From positions 259,853 to 323,852 of the forward strand of contig MNCI01000291.1 in the NCBI GenBank assembly GCA_015680685.1: a DNA stretch of 64,000 bases, given 5' to 3'. The DNA comes from Gnetum montanum (taxonomy: Eukaryota > Plantae > Gnetophyta). The notes beneath the pieces were generated by a model, which ran no database searches, had not been told where the DNA came from, and was given only the letters and a program-made list of their open reading frames with translations. Positions 54,081 through 64,000 of this stretch are shown here, piece by piece. The position numbers and the translations under genes are program-made. Positions within the stretch are counted from its first letter, which is position 1. Every line of letters begins with the position of its first letter.

Positions 54081-55221
54081 TTGCTGATCTGATTTGAGCA
54101 CCTTCCATTGGTGAAACCCTTGGGGCACTTGCAACATTATTGCCTCTCACCATTCTATTAGTTTTTTGGAGCACTGGCCATTAGTGCGACCTTCAGAGGA
54201 CTCATAGCATCATCACCTTGGCACCTTCACTAGCTTCCTGAGCACTTGCAACTGGCACAACATTTGACACATTTACAGCATCTTTTCATCTAGCACCTAT
54301 TTGCACTTGCATTTCATGTTTTGTGGTTTTCTTTTCTTCTCAAATTTTTTTTTTGCAAGATGAAGCCTCAGAGGTGGTCATGCAAAGATGCATCTCATTA
54401 CAGCAATAAGTCACCACATTACTCTAATGTGCATGATTGGACTAGTTAAGCCATTCAAGAGTGCACATCCCCATCATCCTTGTTACAACTCATGCATATC
54501 CACTCCTTGATCCCTATATCCTCTCATCCTCCTCATACTCATGATTTCACATCCCTTAGATGCATACACACTATGATGCATATGGAATTCTCTTCACATC
54601 AATTGTAGAACCCATGGTTTATGTAACATAACTCATCCTATGGGGGAGCCTCTGTTGCATGGTCAAAGCCTAGGTGGATGTAACATGAATCATCCCTGGG
54701 AAACAAAGCCCATCTTCTCAATTGCCAACTTGCAGCTAACATTCAGTAGTAATCCAAACCCAAAGAAGGTTTTCCTCACAACACAAAAAAAAAAAAAATA
54801 AATAAAAAAAAAAGAATGGAAAAAAAACACATCCCCAAGAAAATTGACATTGTTGCAACTTCATAATTGGCCTAGCCTTAAATTGAATTTGACACTCTCA
54901 TAAACACTCCAACAAGAGGTTAACGTTTCAAGGGTGAACCACATCATGCCATGGTCACTGTCAACCATGCTAAATTTGCATCTTACATCATGATCCACTA
55001 TTTGCATTTCATTCCCATAGTTCAAATTTTATCTCTCTAGCATTGCCTATACCACTTGTCCCTCAACATAACCTTATTCCCATATCACTCTTGAGCATGG
55101 TAAAACAACATAATCTTATTCCCATATCAGTGATGTTGGTTACATATCTGTTGTGGTGTTTTTTATTTCTTTTTCAACATCTCTGAGGCCACTCCTCCAG
55201 ACATCAACAAAGAGGGACCAT

Positions 55222-56726
55222 TGAAACACCACAAAATTTTAGGTCTTGACATCACGATAGAAAATTTCACTAAGTGTTAGAATGATGGAAATTTTTGCAC
55301 AAATGTTACACTGCATAGTTTAGTGTAGTGTAGCACCTTATTATGCTACGTAGCGTAGCATAGCATAGCACCCTATTACACTATTTAGCGTAGCATGCCT
55401 CTTACTGTGTGTAATGTAGTGCAGCATAGCAACCATGTCTACTATAGTGTAGCACAAATGTCATGCTATGCAGCAGAGTGTAGCAGTGAGTACGGCGTAG
55501 CATAGTTTTCAAGCTATGTAGTGTAGCATAGCATGGCCAACTTTACCCAGCTAGTGTCCTGTGTCCCACATGTAACATGGGACAAGCATGGTCCCATCCA
55601 CCGCACTGCCATGTGGCACTTGATCCACATTTTGGGCTAACCCTAGTCCTATAAATACCCTAGGAACCTAGCGGTTACATTCTTGGACCATTGGCATTCC
55701 CCAAGGGTTGGCATTTCTTAAATGTTGGCATCTCCCAATAATTACATTCCTTGACAATTGGCATTCTCCCAACGGTTACATTCCTGGACCATTGGCATTC
55801 CCCAAGGGTTGGCATTCTTTAATTGTTGGCATCTCCCAGCAGTTACATTCCTGGACCGTTGGCATTCCCCAAGGGTTGGCATTCTTTAATTGTTGGCATC
55901 TCCTAGAAGTTACATTCCTGGACTGTTGGCATTCCCCAAGGGTTGGCATTCTTTAATTGTTGGCATCTCCCAATGGTTACATTCCTAAACTATTGTCATT
56001 TCCTAGTGGTTATATTCTTTGACCATTGACATTCCCAAGTGGTTGGCATTCCTTGGATGTTTACCTTTTTAAGCACTTGGAATTTGGCATTTTGGCATCT
56101 AGGCACTGAACTCTATGGGCGAATGAAACCTAGAGCACACCACATAGGTAGAGAGGTAGAGTTGTAGATCACGGCCCACTGTAGCCCCATTGCAACTGTG
56201 TAGAACATTACATGGTACATCATGATGGCCAACCTGGCAGGCACGATTCATCATGACGAGTGCCAGACTTCACGACCCAATGCCACCAAGGTTGTAACTG
56301 CACTCCCACTATTCCTATGGTATACTATGTATACCTTTGTGAATTAACCATGCTCCCTCTTTTGGGGTGGTGCATTGCTATTCTCAAATTCTATTACATT
56401 TCTCAAGCATTTCTCTCTAGCATTTAGTTTAATGCTTGTGCTTTCTTACTATTTCATACATATTTGCACATTCGCATCATTGTTCTCAGGTCGAGACATC
56501 CTACTACACTCTGGCCAAGCTACATCCAATGCCCACGCATAACGTAGTATAAAATCTTTTTACACATGATCATTTTAACACCACGTAAGTCCCTATTTGA
56601 TTGACAAGACCGTTCAGGGCACCTTGTTTTCGTTTTTTCTAGCACGACCCTCGCATAGATTTGGGGTTAGGCTGTGTGCCTAATAACCTCTCGGTGTTCT
56701 AGCCATCGACATTTTTGGTCACTACA
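55222..56726 (+). repeat. 3' LTR of element B, with 67-bp tandem array at 55670-56060
   Basis: TGAAACACC...CACTACA. Array units start at 55772, 55839, 55906 and 55973. Confidence 0.93.
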
Positions 56727-57158
56727 CCATCTACACTATTTAAAGTTTTCAACTCTATGTATGGAAGTCTTAAAGTATTTCTAAACACTCTCGCAAGTTT
56801 TATCTCATCTTCATCATTAAGCTTGCTTAAAGAAGTATTGAACACCATTGGAATCCATAGAATTCTTATTTAGGAAATAGGATTCCCTCCCATTGAAATC
56901 CTTGGTTGATGATTTCCTATGCTTACATAGTTGGATTATCCTTCCTCTCCATCCACTCCATCTCCACCTATCTATGAAACTTCTTCATTTGAATATACAT
57001 GCTCTTCACATTCGTGATTCTAGATATGGCTATGACCAACATGTTTGTCCACCTTCATGCTAATTTAATCTAATCAAGAAACCATCATTTGGAAGGCATA
57101 CTTCATGATCTCCATGTCATGATTTATAGCTTACACATGTTTCTTCTTGGGTGCCATA
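56727..57158 (-). pseudogene. N-terminal gag remnant of the CRM-like host
   Basis: ATGGCACCCAAGAAG (MAPKK) lies just downstream of the PBS and continues into 47847 once element B is removed. Confidence 0.65.
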
Positions 57159-57219
57159 TGAAATTGACAAAATCCTCAACCAATTTCCAAGAAAAAATAA
57201 AACTAGGCTTTGAAACCAT

Positions 57220-58327
57220 TAACACTGGACCATGTTCACTCCATAATTAAATCACCTTCAATGTAGTAAATCTAGATATTATCCAAAGATAAAAATTTTT
57301 GCTAGAAAACAAGAAAACTAGCTATCTTCAATTTATTTATTAGAAGATTACAACAAGGTTCACAAAACCCACATCATCCAAAACCTGTCATCTTTAACCA
57401 ATATTGTAGAGAATGAGGCTCTACAACCACACAATGGTTATTCTCAATGAAAGATACAATTAATAGAGAATCTCTCCCACAACCCAGGACTAAGATCTCA
57501 ACTCATAAGTAAGATATAAAGGAATGGAACACATACATTGATATACCACAAGTTGATCTTGGAACCACAATCAGTAATTACACTCACCTAATGTGCTCAC
57601 GCACTCTCTCTTACTTAGCTATTTAATTTTAAGATCATTTTCTCTCAATTTTGTTCCTCAACAATGATGAATACATCAATATATATGTTAAAACCAAAAT
57701 ATAAGAAGCCTAGAAACCTTTCTTCAAGTTACCTAGAGGTTTTCTAGATATTTTCCAAGTTTTATCATCTTCTTCCTAGCTATTTTCATCTTTTTTCATC
57801 ACATTATGGCTATTTTCCAAATTGGAATGGGTGCTTTCAAAAATTTTCCCATCTATATGGGTCATCTCTGATCTTACTAGAACATCTTCTATGAAAATCC
57901 AACTCTCAACTGAGATGTCTACAATTTTTCTAGGACATCCCATCTGGTCTTGGGATGTTCTAGATTTTGCTAGAAAATCTCACTTGAGATGTTGCATGCA
58001 TAGTTAGGACATCTCAGCTAGGACGTCCCATTTTCTACTAGGATGCTCCACCTACTAGGGCCAAATACAAAAATTCTTGTTTTGATGTCTGGAATCTTTA
58101 GATGCCTCCAAATAAGTACTCATAGATTTTGAAACCCCCTAAACTCATCAAAATGAGCCTAAAACACCCCCAAAACATGCCAAAATATCTAGTAATCATC
58201 ATCATAAAATCAACATAAAAAGACATACACTATCAAGATACATTCATCCACATCTTATTCAAGACTGAAACCTACAAAAAAAACCTATAGAACAAAGCAC
58301 AAGGAAATCAAGAAAGGTGTTCCTAAA
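57220..58327 (-). repeat. 5' LTR of the CRM-like element
   Basis: It is a direct repeat of 34520-35627 and abuts the PBS. Confidence 0.88.
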
Positions 58328-58379
58328 ATAAAGTCCTATAGGGTCTATTGGGTATCTAGAGATCATTCCCAAGAAGCAA

Positions 58380-58850
58380 AGGAGATATGAATTTTATCTT
58401 TTAAGATTAGTTCTTTTAGAAATTAAGTGTAATGTGATATTCCTCCCATACATAGTACTAATATCATACTTGGTAAACATTGGAATTGTGATTGCAAGGC
58501 TACATTTAATGGAGAAAGAAATATTTTCTTAGTTCTTATAAAAGATAAGATACATTAATTGATTTCCATGACATTGTAGCAATATTAAGAGAATGTTTAT
58601 ACTAATGCTTTCTTGATTTTAATTAGTAAGAATAAATATTTTATAGCTTATGAAGAAGTAAGACATGAATATGTGATTAATTTTACCATTGCAACATGTG
58701 AAAATGAGCCACAAAATGAACTTCCAATAGTGGTGCAACCTTTGAAGAAAGAATTTACTAATGTTTATAAAGACAACTAGAAGAACTTCTACTAATGAGA
58801 TTTATTTAGCACCAAATTGATTTCATGCCAAGATGATTGGGGTTCCACCA
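58380..58850 (+). pseudogene. Highly decayed CRM-like protease/RT-leader fragment
   Basis: IKCNVI..STNIILGKHW, LKKEFTNVY, ELLLMRFI*HQIDFMP (compare CDV.P..LLGRPW and LPP.R.I.HQID..P). Confidence 0.55.
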
Positions 58851-61132
58851 ATTTTGAACTAATGGAATTTATCATACAAATGATAGTGTGATCCAATCAT
58901 AAGCTTTAAGAATGATGTTGAGTGGAATGCCACAAACACTTGTGTATATTTTTGCATTTAATAAATATAATACAAATTGTATAGTTAGAAACCCATGTTA
59001 ACATGGTAAAAGATAAAGAAAATGTTTATGACTTTATATGTTAGGTTTTTTATGGATTTTATAATTATAAGAAATAAATAATAATAATAATAACATAATG
59101 CTTTAGTTACAACCTTGATGACCTGACACCATGTTGTATAGTCATGATCTTCTTGGGCAAAGATGAGTCATTGTAGCTTAAGAAAATAAGAATTAAATAA
59201 ATATTTTTTATGATTCTTAGTATTTTATAATTTTTATTATTTTGGTATTTAAGGCATCAACAAGTAAAATAAGGGAAAATCATAAGCTTGACGTATCACA
59301 CAAATACCAACTTCTAAATTGACCAAATAGTTCTGGGCTACATAAGCATCATAGCACTTTGATAGAGTCTAGTTGTACTTGTGAAAGAGATGACTTACAA
59401 CACACATAAAACAAGGAAGAAAATCAATTTACCTAAGGGAGGAAGAGTTCTTTACATAAAACCAAATTCTTAAAAGCTAAACAACAATGTAGAAAACTCT
59501 ATTCTCCCATGTAAAAACTCATTCCAATTATTTATATTTTTTGCATGAAAATGGAAGAGGTTTGTCAACATCTAGGTATTAAAAAAGGCTTGTCAACACA
59601 TCCTAAACTAACCCTATGTACACAAGAGATAAAGTCAACCAAACCAAGCCTACTAAAAGGTGCATCAACACCCATGTGATAATGTAGGGGGTAGAGTGAT
59701 ATAGGATAGTCAACACACAATTTCCCCAAATCACATTTTATCCTTTTGATTCCATGTACAAGTTAGAACCCAAGAAAGGATTATAGATGGGTCCTAAGAC
59801 ATCTAAATAAAGTTATAATTTTTCTAAAGATCTTGTAGTTATGCATGCAACCTTGGAGTATGACCTAGGAGGTACGGATACATCTCAAAAGGCTAAGAAC
59901 CTCTACCAAACATGATAGACTATAAAGATGAGGCACATTAAACACTTCACAAATCTAGGATCGATAATTAACTTACAAAATACCATTGGATAACTCATCA
60001 TTTCTTCATAATTGAGTTAAGCTAGTCCCATAGCTTTAACATCCAAACATAAAACTAGAACTAGACACATGACATGATCAATATAGAGGACTAAAAATAT
60101 ACAGATATATAGACCATGACTATAATACAATAAAATACAAGCCATCTCATTAAGAAGTTATAGGGGATGGTGGCTAAGAGAAGAATCCATTTGATGTGCC
60201 TACTTGATATGGACAGAAGCTTGAAGAGCTAGGTGTCGACATGTGAAATCTCTAAAGGTGTGCTTCAACATCTATCATTCTTTCTTGGAGTTATTAATTC
60301 TACTCATGCATTAGCCTTTGCTCTTGTAGAAGTTCTTGTTACCATTCCTCAACATTAGCCTAGAACTACTTGTGACTTCTCTTTTCCTACAAGAGCTTGC
60401 ATTGGGCTATGTCCAACTTGAACGTTGCTCAATGAAGTTTATTCTCTAGCTCCATGTATGATTGAGCTATAGAAGCTTGGACAACATAAAGGTATCTTCT
60501 CCATTCTACCTACATGTCCTCCTTGGCTTCCTTGAGTCTCCTCTCAAGAACTATGAAAACTAATTCATGGCAGAGGATATACATGTTTTCCAATAGATCC
60601 ATCTTCTCCTATAAAGTTGGTTCACTTGTAGCCATTTTTTAGAGCTTAGCATGCAAGATGTTGAATTTTTCCTTCATCTTGTGGCTCTTTCTGATTATAC
60701 ATTTATTAAGTAGAGCTACAAGTTTATGTAATCTATGCACCTCAAGATCCTAGGTTGCTAGAAAATGGATAGTACCTATTTCTTCTTTTTTTGACTCATT
60801 CTTTTCCATTCTTAGGATTGATGCTTTAACATTTTGATCTATTGCTTTAAGTCGTCTTTCATGAATACAACTTTTTCACCAACTTGACATGTCTAAAATA
60901 ATTTAGCCTATGGGAACTTAATCCATATGTCTAGTGTGATTGTAAAGGTGTTGGTACAATGGTGTGATTTATGCAAGATTTTCATAGAACTAGTGTACCT
61001 TAGTTTGACTTCTCTATAGATTCCTTAGATAAAATGTTCTATTAGCATCCATGGTTTTCAATTGGCTCATACCTTAATTAATTTAGTCTCCACTATGTTA
61101 TCAATGTTCCTCAATAATATCTCAATGCCTAG

Positions 61133-61866
61133 TGATGGGACATGATATCGCAAGGGCCACAATATCGCGTACACGATATCGCAGCCGTCGTGATATCGCA
61201 TCCCTCGCAATATCGCATATGCGATATCGCATCCTCCCCCGCGATATTGCGTACGCGCTATCGCGATGCACCGTCATATCTATAAATAAGAGGCAGCTCT
61301 CCCTTGTTTCCTCATCCTAGGCTAGACAGTAGGGAAAATCTGGCAGATTGATCACTCCAAAGATAGAATATTTGTCATGTGCCAGCAGTAGGAGTCCTAA
61401 AGTGAACGAATCTTTATTCGAGCAACATTGTACCTGAACACAAGTTGTGTANNNNNNNNNNNNNNNNNNNNNNNNNNNNNNNNNNNNNNNNNNNNNNNNN
61501 NNNNNNNNNNNNNNNNNNNNNNNNNNNNNNNNNNNNNNNNNNNNNNNNNNNNNNNNNNNNNNNNNNNNNNNNNNNNNNNNNNNNNNNNNNNNNNNNNNNN
61601 NNNNNNNNNNNNNNNNNNNNNNNNNNNNNNNNNNNNNNNNNNNNNNNNNNNNNNNNNNNNNNNATAAAAAGCTATAAAAATCATATACCTCGGACTTACT
61701 TAACCATACACCGTGACAACTACAAGTAAGTCTGGGAAGACAATGAATGATTAACCCTAAGTGTTCCATGGGGTGTGTAGGCACTTAGTCTACGGAGTTT
61801 GACCAGATCGCACGTGCTACACTCGTATTCGTATGGTTGAGTGTAGGGGTTCCTCACCACTCATCA
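61133..61866 (+). mobile_element. Young, CpG-rich solo LTR (or collapsed element) of the Athila-related family
   Basis: Termini are TGATGGG...CTCATCA with flanks CCTAG/CCTAT (4/5) and TATAAATA at 61281. It is homologous to 7826-8652 and spans an N gap. Confidence 0.8.
61452..61663. other. Assembly gap (212 N)
   Basis: Run of N. Confidence 1.
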
Positions 61867-64000
61867 CCTATATTGATTCTCTACTTTTCCTCTACCCAAT
61901 GACTAGTCCCAGGTTAATTGATAGGGACATGGAGGACTTCTATGTCATGCTGGATATGATGCATGTTGTGCATTAATCAATGTGAAGAGGAAATACTCTG
62001 TGAAAGCACAGGATTTTGTGACTAAATAGGGGCATCAAGATGAATCATGGGTGGATCATATAGTAAGAGAGAATAAAAATCAAATAGGTACATCCTTAGT
62101 GCCTTACCACCCATAATAGTTTCCATCATTTTCAAGAAATTATTGCCAAGATCTTCTGAACCTTGTACATGAACTATGGTAACATGCCCCTCACCTTCAA
62201 CATACATAACAAATCAAAAAACACCACTAGAAAGGAGTTCCTACCTTTTCCTAATGCTTAAAAGAAGATTGGGAGATGGATCTCATTGTTCTTTACACCT
62301 AAGTTTGTTGAGATGATTGAGCCACAAATGGTGCCTTTGTTTAGCACTAATAGATCTGGTTGAGAGATTGGATATCAGATACCTTTACAGAAGGCATCTC
62401 ATCATTTGAATCTACTACTATTCTAATGAAATCTAGATATTTTATTCAAGAAACCACCATTACATTTTCCTAGTCCACCATTCCTATGGTTGTGGGAAGT
62501 CATCCAACATGATTGAGTATGCCTACTAGCTTTCCAAGTTTTTAAATTAATTCTAGAAAGGCATAGACCTTCCTCTTGTCCCTAACCACATCCTAAATCT
62601 TTTGAATCAATTTCTTTTAGAGAGAATAAAATATGTTGCTAATAAATTTTCCTATCATCATGACCATAACTTTTGGCACTTGAGCAAAGATACTCAATGG
62701 TTATTTTGTAGGTAAAAAGTTGTAGGTGATGATGTTGTACATGGCATTATGGACCAAGGGAAGTTATGACATATTCACCTCTACTTTATCCATATCAAAG
62801 GCCTCAAAAAAGACCTTTGACCTAAGCTTAGACTTAGTCTTATGGATCCATGGTTACAAGTTGTTGTCTCATTCACTTGGAGATTATGTGGCCCTAAAGA
62901 CTACCCATGTAGAAATAGGCATAGGAACGCTGCTAACAAAAGTCATTGTACCATCAACTACAAGGTTTTGGTAGAATTCCTCTACCTCATAATAGTAACA
63001 TATGAAGGACTGGGTAATGTACTCATAAAATCTTGTTCACTATAGCAACTCCTTAAGATCAGAAGGGTAGAGCCTAAGGAATTGATGATAATTCTCATCT
63101 TCATGGATTGGTTATTGCTAGACATTTTGTGCACCCATTTCTTTTTGGATGTCATCAACATTATCCTTTTCATCTTCTACTAGCTCCTCTATCACTTGTT
63201 GAGTCATCTACTATTATGCATGTGCTGAACCAAAAGATTAAGAACATGATTGTATAGCTTCTAATTTATTTCTAGGAGAAGACCTTTCTAAAGTAGGGCC
63301 TTTAGGCTTCATATTAGAGGATCTAAGTTCTTCTTTTTCCTCCTCCTCAACAATTGGTGGTAGGATCTACAAAGACTTAAGATTATTTAATGTCAACCCT
63401 CCTTTCTATGTAGAGCTTGGATTGTAATCATCCTAACATGATGAGCTAAAGTCTAATAAAAATCAAGTGAGTTCCCAAGGCATCATATTACCATTGCAAA
63501 ATTTTCATGCAAAAACAATGATAAATATACCCCATTGAAACATGTCATAAATATTATCATAACCATTAAATCATGGTGCACATGGGCAAGTATAAATAAG
63601 GTAGAAATATTTAAATAATTTCCAAATACATTAAATATGTACCTAAATTGGTTCCTCTCCCCCATGACTAAGTTACAAGATATTACACTTGAACTACATC
63701 TAGAACACCAAGGATAAGAAAGATCAATAATAAATCTTGTAAAAATATCATGAATTTGAACATTAAGATGAAAATTTGATAGAGTTTCACTTGTTTGTGG
63801 TCAAAATAGAAGAAAACATAAAGCAAAGAAAAAATGAAAAAGTGCAAGAATTTCTAGTACAAGAATTTAGGAGTCTCCCACAATTTATAGTGGTTCACTA
63901 GCAAAATAATGGTGTGCTAGCATAGGAATGCTAACATAAGGGGTGCATCAATGCATCCTCCCAATTCTAAGGTGATGTTAAAATTTATCACTTACACCTT

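Larger units (their letters stand above)
47848..56726 (+). mobile_element. Tat-type gag-protease-only (TR-GAG-like) LTR element B
   Basis: LTRs lie at 47848-49280 and 55222-56726, with a perfect TSD CCATC (47843-47847, 56727-56731). PBS TGGCACTAGAAGGAGGG is at 49286 and PPT AAAGAGGGAC at 55209. No RT or INT. Confidence 0.95.
34520..58327 (-). mobile_element. Non-autonomous CRM/chromovirus-like Ty3/gypsy element carrying two nested insertions
   Basis: LTRs at 34520-35627 and 57220-58327 each span about 1108 bp. PBS TGGTTTCAAAGC (-) lies at 57207-57218 and PPT AAAGGGTGGGAG (-) near 35634-35645. It has gag, PR and only the integrase C-terminus. No TSD was resolved. Confidence 0.85.
60100..63680 (-). 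pseudogene. Decayed accessory ORF region of another, probably Athila-like, element
   Basis: The purine tract AACTTAGTCATGGGGGAG near 63657-63674 matches that at 16830. It is followed by fragmented coding-like frames (62022-62207) and a charged, coiled-coil-like stretch at 60300-60860. No diagnostic motif. Confidence 0.35.

Noticed and set aside
34515-58332. TSD for the CRM-like element
   Set aside because: The flanks CATTC and ATAAA do not match, so the ends rest on LTR alignment, PBS and PPT only.
61317-61784. ORFs containing X runs
   Set aside because: They are artefacts of the N gap.

Overview
Plant-type heterochromatic DNA made almost entirely of nested, decayed LTR retrotransposons. 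I see no intact host gene, RNA gene or CRISPR array. CG/CHG deamination is pervasive (CAG>TAG, CGA>TGA, CTG>CTA) and fragments every ORF. From left to right: (1) a Tat/Ogre-type Ty3/gypsy element on + (window start to ~15007). It holds an antisense, intron-containing accessory ORF, a 15-unit ~183-bp palindrome array, a pol frame (RT-RH-aRH-INT) with no gag/protease in the 7.3 kb upstream, a solo LTR inserted just upstream of the RT core, and a 3' LTR. (2) An Athila-type element on - (~16159-23950). (3) A SIRE-type Ty1/copia on + (25086-31555). (4) A non-autonomous CRM-like element on - (34520-58327). Two Tat-type gag-protease-only elements (38714-47700 on -, 47848-56726 on +) inserted into its gag 147 bp apart. 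(5) A CpG-rich young solo LTR spanning an N gap (61133-61866) inside a further decayed element. The most interesting candidates are the accessory-gene/palindrome-array module and the cis-elements (LTR start, PPT, 3' UTR, repeats, splice sites) shared by the pol-bearing element and the two gag-PR-only elements. All calls were made by eye; no database searches were run.
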